A stretch of 64,000 nucleotides of DNA, from contig CBFFRP010000028.1 in NCBI GenBank assembly GCA_965644295.1, forward strand, positions 1 to 64,000. The letters run 5' to 3'. The notes under the pieces were generated by a model. The model was given only the letters and a program-made list of their open reading frames with translations, did not search any database and was not told the DNA's origin. This stretch comes from Paraphysomonas bandaiensis (lineage: Eukaryota > Protista > Chrysophyceae). Shown here in pieces: positions 13,752 through 24,800 of this stretch (position 1 is its first letter; each line of letters opens with the position of its first letter). The translations under genes were made by a program, and so were the position numbers.

Positions 13752-16700
13752 CCTTCTTACGCTAATCCCGTTCTGTTCGAGACCGTTTGCTCTTTTCAAT
13801 GAAATTCACCTCCTCCACCTTCTTGCGTTTCCGCTCTAACGCAATCCTTCCAGGAATGGTATCATCATACCGTTCTATCTTCCTTGATAATGTTGCATAA
13901 TCAACATCATCAGGCATCAAAGTACAAAGCAACATTCAAAGGAGCATATTCCTCATTCAACAGACCTTCTCGATATGTCCTGCTGCTGCTCCTGTAGCTC
14001 TTTCAGCAGTATTTCAAACCGTATTATATAGTCCTTCGCAGTCTCCTCCGGACGCATACGGAAAGAGCCATACTGAGTCAACAGCTCACTGATCTTGTTT
14101 TGCTTCCCTCCAGCAAAGCACTTCTTCAACTCATCAATCATAATATGCGCCTTAAACCTGTTGCTTCCTTTTCCATCAGCCTTGAACCCTTTATGTAAAA
14201 GATGGAATTTCTGAAGCGCCTTCGAAGATGATTGCACTGCCTCAAAAGTTTTTTTGTGATACGGGTGAAAATACAGTTCAACAAAAAGTTATATCTTCTT
14301 AGCTCGCACCAAGCTCAATGTCTCAGTTGAGACCGTGGTTGTGTTACATCAGCAGGTCCAGGCTCAGATTGTCTTCTCCTCCCCACGCATGGCTGTATTT
14401 TGTATCACACCACACTGCCGACAAACACCTTGTCTTACCATGTTGTACATGCTTCCCGTTCGATAACGTGGCTTTGCAACCATTCTCTTCACTAACGCCG
14501 TTAGTTAAACTAAGTGCCTGCACCACTGCAGCGCTGTCAGTTCCTATTGGACATCTCCCTTGTAGACGCATCTGTCTCACACACCGTTCTCTACGGTTAC
14601 AACCACTCATCGCATGGCTCGTGCGGGTAGGCACTCGAAAACGGTCCACTTGTTTATTCGCTAACACCCATGCTCTCCATCGGCCCCGCTACCTTGGAAG
14701 ACAGGACCATTTCTTGACGACCGCACAAACCCACCCAGCATGGTTAGTCTGTGGGTCTATGCACCAAGCAGAGTACCCCCTCACCCTGTTTACCTATCAT
14801 CCCCACAGCCCATACATCTCATTGGATGGACACAGTATTCCGCATACGGTATACCCGACTACTGTACTACTGTGTCCTACAGGATGTATACCATTCCAAT
14901 ACAGCGCAAATACACTGCAGTACACCACACAGCTCACTCCGTCCCATGTACCTGTACATGTACCTGTATACCTGTACTGTTGGACACATCACCGGCTCTC
15001 TCTCTCTCTGTCCAACACACTCATCACACCGCTGCACTGTCATACACACGCACCTTACACTCTACCTCCTCCTCGAAAACCTCCAGACAAACTATCTCCC
15101 CTCCCTCCGTCTCTGACACCTTGCCGTCATCTTCCTTCCACACACACTCTATGCCTCAGCCTGTACCCCCCTGCACCAACACAGACACTAACAAGGGCAG
15201 CTGAGGATGTCCGAGTCTCTCCTCCACACCATCATCATCATCATCATCTCGTGTATAGGGCTATCAGAGTACCCGACCTTGGCAGACCTAGTTCTGTTGC
15301 GCAGTCCCACTCTCCTCAATCAGATGTTGCCTCTTTTGCACCATCACACTCCCTCTCGACTCCCTGTAGCTGGACACACCGGATGACCCTCACATCCCAC
15401 CCCTGTCCAGCTATACACTCTCTTGCATGTGCTCTCTACCGCTGGCTAAGACAGCAAAAGAGTCGATTTCGACGCTTCTTCACAGTAGGCCATAACCTTT
15501 TGCAAGACCTTCATCCACATACCTCCGAGCCACTTGGCACAATGCCTAAAGGAAGGCCACCAGATCGCCAATATAAGCAGGGTATAGTACTGTGTTCCCC
15601 TGGTTGCCGTGAGGTACATAAGGCAGTCCCCGATGCAAATTGCACACAATGTATGTGTAGTCTTAAGCGTTCCAGTGTTGTAGTAGTGACTTAGATCACT
15701 GCTTTCACAATTCTCTGCCCTACGATGGCAAATACAGTCCAACATAAAGTTTCACCCTATTAACCAGCTCCAAGCCATCAATGTCTCTATCGAGACCGTG
15801 GCTGAGTCACATCAGTGTGCCCAGGGCCTTTTACACTCCCTTACTGCTGCATTTTGTTGACCACCACGCTTCCGACAAATTACCTGTCACACCATGTTGT
15901 ACACGCTCCAAGCCCCCCTGCCTGGCCTTGCAACCTTCACCCTACTCAACTACTTCAGTTAAACCACGTGCCTGCACCAATGCAGCGCTGACCGCACCTA
16001 TGTGCTATCCCCTCAGCAGACAACTTCGTCTCACCCATCGCTTTCTACGGCTACAACCTCTCAGAACATGGCTCGTGCGAGCAGGCTCACGAAAACGACC
16101 CCCATGGACCCCCTCTGCAATCACTGAATACTCTCGATCCCTCTCAACTGTGCAACAGGGCTGCCTTCTGCCGCCCACTCAACCCAACCCAACATGGTTT
16201 GTTTGTGGTCCATCCACCCAGCAGGCTACCCCCTCACCCTGTTCACCTATCACCCCCACAGCCCATCCATCTCATTGGATAGACACTGTATTCCGCATAC
16301 GGTATACTCGACTACTGTACTACTGTGTCCTACAGGATGTATACCATTCCGTGTATACCTCTACTGCTGTTGGACACATCACCATGTCCATGTACCTGTC
16401 TACCTGTACTGTTGGACACATCACCATGTCCATGTACCTGTCTACCTGTATCACCAGCTCTCTCTCTCTGTCCAACACACTCATAACACCACTGCAGTGT
16501 CATACACACACACAGTACACTCTACCTCCTCCTAGAAAACCCCCAGACAAACTATCGCCTCTCCCTTCGTCTCTGACACCTTGCCGTCATCTTCCTTCCA
16601 CACACACTCTATGCCTCAGTCTGTACCCTCCTGCACCAACACAGACACTAACAAGGGCAGCTGAGGACGTCCGAGTGTCTCCTCCAGACCATCATCATCA

Positions 16701-17935
16701 TCTCGTGTATAGGGCTATCAGAGTACTCGACCTCAGTGACTCTTGTTCTGTTGCGCAGTCCCACTCTCCTCAATCAGATGTTGCCTCTCTTGCACCATCA
16801 CACTCCCTCTCGACTCCCTGTAGCTGGACACACCGGATGACCCTCACATCCCACCCCTGTACAGCTATACACCCTCTTGCATGTGTTCTCTACCGCTGGC
16901 TAAGACAGCAAAAGAGCCGATTTCGACGCTTCTTCACAGTAGGCCATAACCTTTTGCAAGACCTTCATCCACATACCTCCGAGCCACTTGGAACAATGCC
17001 TAAAGGAAGGCCACCAGATCGCCAATCTCAGAAGGGCATATTACTGTTTCCCCTAACTGCCATAAGGCTAATAAGTCAGTCCCCGTGAGGTACATAAGGC
17101 TATCTATCATATAGCGAGTGGAGTCTCATCCCAAGAGGAGACCTCCAGATCACACGCGCCGGTGAGTCCCAGGACACACGATCATGGCGAGCCTCATAAC
17201 ACACACTAAGAACGGAAGTGGTTGCACCTTGGTGCTTGCGGCGACGCACAAGCAGCTTCTGTAGCGTTAAATAGTAGGATAAAAGAGTTTGTATTGATTA
17301 GCTACGGGTAGTAGTCTAACTAGTATGACTAGCATTCTTCTAGCCACTAATTGGTGCAGGCTTTCAACGCCTATTGCTAAATAATCAGACATTCAATATC
17401 ACTGCTTTCACTTGTCATGCTGTACGTTGCACAACGTGTCCCCTACATACACATCTATCATATAGCGCCGGTAAGTCCTAGGACACACGACAATGGCGAA
17501 ACTCGCAATCAACATCAAGAACGGAAGTGGTCGCACCTTGGTGCTTGCGGCGACGCACAAGTAGCTTCTGTAGCGTTAAATAGTAGGATAATGGAATTTG
17601 TGCTGATTAGTTATGGGTAGAGGTCTAGTATGTCTAGCATTCAACTAGCCACTATATTGGCACAGGTTTTTAACGCCTATTGCTAAATAAAAAGACTTTC
17701 AATATGCACTGCCTCTCTACAGTACGAATACGCTATGGCATTCGCCTTCCAGTACTTCTTCACAGCCTGTCTGTAAGACTTCTCCTCCATTGACGTGAGT
17801 GGCTGTTCCCCGAAGTCGCTCTCCTTCGGTGGTGGCTCCACCGCTACTTCACTTTGCTCTTTCCTCATGAGGAATGTTTCGAAGTCTTCAATCCATTGTT
17901 CAACGAAGTCCGGGACCGAGCAGTGAGGAGATACT
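12304..17935 (-). mobile_element. Degenerate Ty1/Copia element (gag, zinc knuckle, integrase) split by a non-LTR insertion
   Basis: The gag N-terminus (WIEDFETFLMRKE...YCREAV, ~17705-17935) rejoins EAVQSSSKAL...ELLTQYGSFRM (13953-14243) across the target-site duplication (TSD). A CRYC...HS...C knuckle lies at ~13700-13750, then the integrase core. The protease region is missing. Confidence 0.8.
14244..17704 (+). mobile_element. Non-autonomous non-LTR retroelement with two tandem ORF-bearing units and a duplicated LINE-type 3' tail
   Basis: 11-bp TSD TGCACTGCCTC at 14233-14243 and 17705-17715. ORFs at 14318-15694 and 15781-17088. Tails at ~17157-17400 and ~17465-17704 match the LINE 3' UTR at 51298-51541. 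Confidence 0.85.
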
Positions 17936-17994
17936 ATATTCTATATTATCTTAATAGCACTACAGCAGTACAGGTCATTAATGGGATGCCATTA

Positions 17995-18080
17995 ATAGTT
18001 GTCCGGTTACCGGCAATTATAATGGCATTAATTAAAAATGTTCCGGCAATTATAATGGCATTAATGGTTGCCAGGCCCTG
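17995..18080. mobile_element. Isolated hAT-like transposon end
   Basis: Reverse complement reads CAGGGCCTGGCAACC..., with two subterminal copies of CCGGCAATTATAATGGCATTAAT. Confidence 0.35.
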
Positions 18081-18177
18081 TAATATACTACATTAATTCA
18101 CTTGATCTGTACTTAAATACATTAGTTCTGTGGTTACTTAGTGTGATTAAGACTAATCATAAGTGTCTAATGAATAA

Positions 18178-21050
18178 CTAATATGGAACTACACGATCCT
18201 GCTCACCACTTTCTTTATGCATCATCACTTCGATAGAATTCCCACTGTCGCAGTGAAGAATGCGATTTAAGCTCATTTCCAAATCAGCACACTCCGACAA
18301 AAAAGACTCTTCATTCAAACACTGCAAGTCATCTACGGTTGATCCATCTTCCGAAGACGCATAGCTGTAGTCTGATTGACAATCATCGTCACATGCGTAA
18401 GCCACACTTGTATTATGCGATATTTCAAAGCAATCATCCTCTATCGTATGGATGTCTTCGGCGTCAGCTACACGAATTTCAGTCGGAGTAAGTGTCGTAG
18501 CCCCTCGCCGTGGAAAAGACGATGTCAATGACCCCGAAAATACGACTGCTCGAAGCTTCTCAATAGCATATAAACATCCTTCGACCTCGCGATACATCTC
18601 CTGAACAATAACTGCAGTTTCGAGCATTCTAAGAATCTGTTGACTTTCTTTCTCGACATATTTTCTTGCGCGAGGATCACATGCAATAGGATCCTTCAAA
18701 ACTTCCCTAACAACACCAATTTTGGATGAAGAATCTTGGACTTTGCCCAAATGGTTGGTGAGATCGTTTACCATACCACATATTGTATTAATAAGGCTAG
18801 ACAGCATTTTGAATATACAGTATCCCATATCATCGGGAAGTGAAACCACTAAGAGTGCACACAGAAGCGACACACATTTCTCGACTAAACCGGTCACTGC
18901 AACCTGCTCGTCATACTTAAGCGTCAAAAACACGTGGAGTTTGCGCTGGGTGAGTTCCAATAGTGGACCACCTAATTGAAACTCATAAATATTACGCTTG
19001 CTGTTGCAAAAGTGTCCAGTCGGTGTCAACGAACTCCCACCCAGTCTACTTAAAACCCTTTCCAGTGCAGCTTCTAGGTAAATGTCTTCAATACATCCTG
19101 CGGGGGTCCCAATCCAATACGTGTCAGATGCCATACGAACAGTGCTTCGTGCAAGTGATTCTAGCGCTGATGCCAGCTGAAACTCTGTTGGAATGCGAAC
19201 TGTCGGCTCATCCTCACCAGGGTGACAGTCACTAATTGCACCAGTATCAAGAGGAAATATGACCAGTTTCTTCGCATCATCCAGCGACGACACCGACAAA
19301 AGGGAGGAGAGTAATTGAATAGTTGACACAGACACTGCGAAAATATTAGATGGACATACCCTCACACGCTAACATACCGGCACGAGATACAGATCCAGCG
19401 CGGGGAAGTATTGTTTGCAGCAGCTCTGCATCGTTGCAAAGGAATCCACTGGTGAGTGGACAGAGCACACCGAAAAGCCCCTTGTACTTTAATGCACCAG
19501 AGGTTCTAGCTGTGTTTGGCACTTGCATTCCAGGTGACATCTCGTACAGCATGTATCTAAGGAGTGAATGCGTCGCCAAAACCTGCTGTTCACCACTTTC
19601 CAGTAGATGGGGCCGAACACACTCCTTCAAAAAGAAACGTAGGTACATATCGCATAATATGGACCGCAGGGACTGATTATCTTTGCTAACATAACTCGTC
19701 CCATTAGACGCCGAAGATACGAAGGCAGCACAAAACCGTAGCACCTTCGCAAACGACTCCGTAGGTGCTGGTTTCATAAATTGCGAAGATTTTCCACTTA
19801 CATCTCGAGTTAGTGCATCTGCTTCCAAGGGGACTACATTACGATGGGTTCCCGACGCAGCGGGAGCGAACGGCACCACCATGGACGATGCGGATACACA
19901 CGATGCAAATTTCTTACACAGCTCGTTTACAACATTCTTCGGCAAGTTCGTTTCTGTAAGAATGAACATGTCCACTCTTGGGTCGTGCATGCTCACTGCA
20001 GTCAAAAGGGCTTCCTTGGCAGCTAGACCCACCTTCGGTTTTCCCATCAAAGGAATAAGGCACATGATGGCATCCAAATGCTGCCTGACCTTTGCCCCGT
20101 CCCTGGTCGCCAAATCAGTTTGTCAACAACTAATAAATCATAATTACCACCTGGTGTCCACAAATCTGAAAAAAGTAAGCAACTCAGGATTCTCCGTAAT
20201 GCGCTTCCATAACGCGCTAATTAGAGCCACAAGATGCATATCTAGAAAAATGTAAGTTCGCATAAGAGAACATCGCACTACTATACCGATCTTTCTAACG
20301 TAAGCTGTCATCTCAACTTTGTTCTGTGATTTCATTTTCAATACACTGCTATATTTCGATGACAATGACGATGCGTTGCCTATGAGCTGGCAAAGTGGCT
20401 TGTGAACAGTTTGGTGCGGTAGCAGCGGGTATCTCACAACGCGAAGTACGGATGTTGCAATTGCCAACACGAGGGGCAAACTGCCCCTATATTGCATATT
20501 GAATACAATATATACTCAACGAATTTTCACACCTTGGTTTATCTCGCTTAGCACGCTGACATAGTTTCTCCATGACGTGGTTCTGCAAGAATACTTCCAG
20601 GCAAGGATGGTCGTGGATTTCATCCTCCACAGCTTCGACATGAGAGCTGACCCACCTAGCATCTTCTTCCTGCAAATAGCGTAGTATTTCTTTTACGTGG
20701 TCACGAATTTTGGAATCATTTAATATCTTCTCGGCATCAACTAAAGCCCATTTATGAATTCAGAAAAATGTAGCACACATCAAACCTACCCGCGTTAGGG
20801 TGTTCTACCTTCGCAAAGTCATCGAGCATTTCACATACGGTTTGAAAACGCAACATAAAATCATCAACTGGTCTCTTGGCAGAGAATGCGGGTGAAATTC
20901 CCATATCATGTGCCGCAGTTGTGACTGTGCTTATGATATGAAGTCCTGTATCTCCCATGAATAGTGCAAAACACTTAAAGAAAAAGTTTTATTGTTACCT
21001 TGTTGTGCAGCCTTCAAAGACGCAGACTTTACCTTGGTGAAGTAATCCAT
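18178..21050 (-). CDS. FHIP/FAM160-family protein (FTS-Hook-interacting, RAI16-like), multi-exon
   Basis: HPCLEVFLQNHVMEKLCQRAKRDKP.G...VRYPLLPHQTVHKPLCQLI resembles the FAM160/FHIP N-terminal motif. Start MDYFTKVK at 21050, short GT-AG introns, last ORF 18178-19365. Confidence 0.7.
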
Positions 21051-21887
21051 ATTGGAAAGATGCGCAGAGGACTCTTGGCAATGAATAACCGCTGCGTGTA
21101 ACTGAAGGTGGGCCGAGGTAAATTTAATCAATAACGAAAATTAGAACTGCTTGCCTGACAGTTAGAATGGATGGGGCACGAACTGTGTGGATAGCCCCAA
21201 CAACAGCCACAGTAAATGCTGGAATATACAATAAAAGAATAATAGACTAATATGAGCGAGGCAAGAAAGCAGGAACTTAACTTTATATTCGAGTTTCACT
21301 CGGCTCTTTTGCTGCTTTTTAGTAGTACACAGTTCGAGTTGTACTGTTATACTGTTATGGTATGTGTTGTACACTCTGCTGGGGGTGGTTGTGCATTTTT
21401 GTTCATTGATTCGGTCATCTTTCATATTCGTTGAAAAGTCACTTTTCCATAAAAAATAAGGACTTTGCAATGAAAAAAACGATTACCAAATCAAGATTTG
21501 CACAACCACCAAAAACCTCCAGTTTTTTTCCGGACCGCTAAAAAAAGTTGAGAAAAACATAATTTGCATCCGGACTTTTGCATGCAAATCCTCATTTTTT
21601 TTTGCAAACCACGGATATCGGATATCAATTTCGAGTAGGAAAAGTAAAAAATCTAGAAGTTTTTGCATATAACACCAGCAGCAATCCCATGACTCACCAG
21701 CTCAGCAAAGGTGGTTGGTGCGAATGGTCCACAGAGCTTTTCATGTCGTCCATACACTAAAATAATTCACTTACCTTAAATGTGATTCTATAACCTAATT
21801 CATTGCTACCATAACTCATAGGGTATTATTGTTTGGTGATGGCTCATTGATTATAGTGCTGCGGTAATAATTTCATTTATACACGTC
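21051..21887. promoter_or_regulatory. Divergent (bidirectional) promoter region between the FHIP-like and Pol I genes
   Basis: Head-to-head ATGs at 21050(-) and 21888(+), with A/T tracts at 21470-21660. No specific element identified. Confidence 0.4.
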
Positions 21888-24800
21888 ATGAAAAGTACTA
21901 TTATACGGTCTGAAGTTGCTGAGGTATCCTTCGGGTTCTATTCCGATGAAGAAATTAGAAATGTTAGCTGCTGTCAAGTATGTTCTCCGATTGCCTTTGA
22001 TGCGCTTGGAAATCCACTAAGCAGGTCGGCGCGCTAAGACTGTGTTTCTATTATTTAATATACACGTTTTGCATGTTCAGTGGTCTTTATGATCCGAAGT
22101 TGGGCCCGACTTCACAGCATAGCTTGCCGTGCCCCACATGTGGCCTGTTGTATATCAATTGCCCTGGTCACCCTGGTCACATCGAGTTGGCCGTACCGGT
22201 GCGTTACTCTTTGATACTGCAATTTGGACTGATATTTTCGTTATATAGGTTTATCACCCCTTAATGTTCGCAAACATGTTTCAGCTATTGCGGGCACAGT
22301 GTGCAAATTGTCACAAGTAAGATGCTTCAATATTTATACAAAAAAATTACTGGTAATCAGGTTTCGTATTCCGTCATCCAAAGTACGAATAACATTAATA
22401 AAGTTAAAGTTATTGGAAATTGGTCTCGTGAAAGAGAGTGAGGAAGTCGAAGATCTGCTGAATCCCCCCGTCATTTTCAACGACTCAACTGCATGCGATG
22501 CTGCTGATGCGACAGTAGATATTGAGAGTCAGTTATCTCGTTATGAGGAACTGTATACGACTCACATACAGAAGTTTCCAGAGAGTCGCCCGGACTCCTT
22601 CCTCAAGAGACTTCAGAGGGAAGTTATCGATTCCTTCATAAAGGCTGCACTTGTGTGTAAGAAGTGTGACTCCTGTGGGTCATTTTCACCACCACTACGT
22701 AAGGATGGACATGCAAAACTATTTGAGAAACCACTTGCAAAACGAATCCGAAAGTCCATGCAGGGAATGAAGATTAAACTCAAGGTGATTATTTATGCGT
22801 TTTCATTTGGTTATCACGATATCGTGTAGCCTGCACTGGAGACTCTTGCTAGGGACGATCATATGGCGGCTGATATTAGTGATGATTCTGATGATGATAT
22901 GGTTTTGAATGCGGATGACAGCGAGGAAGAAGGCGAGGCTAGATACTCGGAGAAGGATAAATATTTAGCACCCTTCGAGGTAGAGGCCAGGATGAAATTG
23001 CTCTGGAAGTCTCACCATGAGTATCTGGATTTCGTCTGGGGCAGGGTATCTCTTCGCGCTGCCGCCATTTTCAAAAAATCAGTTTTACCTGAACATAGTA
23101 CCCTTTGGAGAATTTTTTTTATGAAAACTGTTCTTGTTCCTCCGTCTCGTTTTCGGCCACCATCGGACCTGGGTGACATGCAGGCGGAACACCCCCAGAA
23201 TATACACCTGTCCAAGGTCCTTACTATAAATGAAAGAATTATGAAAGCGATCAGTCTTGATAAAACCGCAAGCGAAATGTCAGTTGAAAGTGATGTCACA
23301 CCTCAAATTGAAAATATGCTGCATATTTCAAAGCTAGTTACTGATTGGATTGACTTGCAAAACGCAGTAAATTGCTTCATGGACTCCAGCAAAGACCCGA
23401 ACCAAAGAGCTGGTGAGGACTCTAACATTGGAATTCGCCAAGTCCTAGAGAAAAAAGAAGGTCTTTTTCGGAGACATATGATGGGAAAACGGGTGAATTA
23501 TTGCTGTCGATCAGTGATATCTCCAGATCCTTTCCTCGGTATGAACGAAATTGGAATTCCTGTACAATTTGCGAAGGAGCTACATTACCCGACTCCAGTC
23601 ACGTCATGGAATATAAAGATGCTTCGACAAATGGTTGAGAATGGTCCCAATGTTTATCCAGGTGTGTATTATATGTTGATAACACAGCTTTCATTTCGTA
23701 AACGTCGATTACCACTGTATCACTTGAAATATTTATCTACAAAACCGACTGGCTTATGATTGCTTAATCTGTATGTGTGCGTGTAGTGTATCTGTGAATT
23801 GTGTGCAATGATGTCACAACAAGTTTGAGAACAGAATGAGGTACAGCCTCTGGTGTCGACTAACCCTGTGGTACTGAGCACGTAATATGTTATGTGTTTT
23901 GTTGTATTGTATGTAACAGTACAGCTGTCTTTGATTGTTGATGTAATGTGTATATATGAAACCCACTGGCTTATGATTGCTTATTCTGTATGTGTGCGTG
24001 TAGTGTATCTGTGAATTGTGTGCAATGATGTCACAACAAGTTTGAGAACAGAATGAGGTACAGCCTCTGGTGTCGACTAACCCTGTGGTACTGAGCACGT
24101 AATATGTTCTATGTTTTGTTGTATCGTATGTAACATTACAGCTGTCTTTGATTGTTGATGTAATGTGTATATATGAAACCCACTGGCTTATGATTGCTTA
24201 ATCTGTATGTGTGCGTGTAGTGTATCTGTGAATTGTGTGCAATGATGTCACAACAAGTTTGAGAACAGAATGAGGTACAGCCTCTGGTGTCGACTAACCC
24301 TGTGGTACTGAGCACGTAATATGTTCTATGTTTTGTTGTATCGTATGTAACATTACAGCTGTCTTTGATTGTTGATGTAATGTGTATATATGAAACCCAC
24401 TGGCTTATGATTGCTTAATCTGTATGTGTGCGTGTAGTGTATCTGTGAATTGTGTGCAATGATGTCACAACAAGTTTGAGAACAGAATGAGGTACAGCCT
24501 CTGGTGTCGACTAACCCTGTGGTACTGAGCACGTAATATGTTATGTGTTTTGTTGTATCGTATGTAACAGTACAGCTGTCTTTGATTGTTGATGTAATGT
24601 GTATATATGAAACCCACTGGCTTATGATTGCTTAATCTGTATGTGTGCGTGTAGTGTATCTGTGAATTGTGTGCAATGATGTCACAACAAGTTTGAGAAC
24701 AGAATGAGGTACAGCCTCTGGTGTCGACTAACCCTGTGGTACTGAGCACGTAATATGTTCTATGTTTTGTTGTATCGTATGTAACATTACAGCTGTCTTT

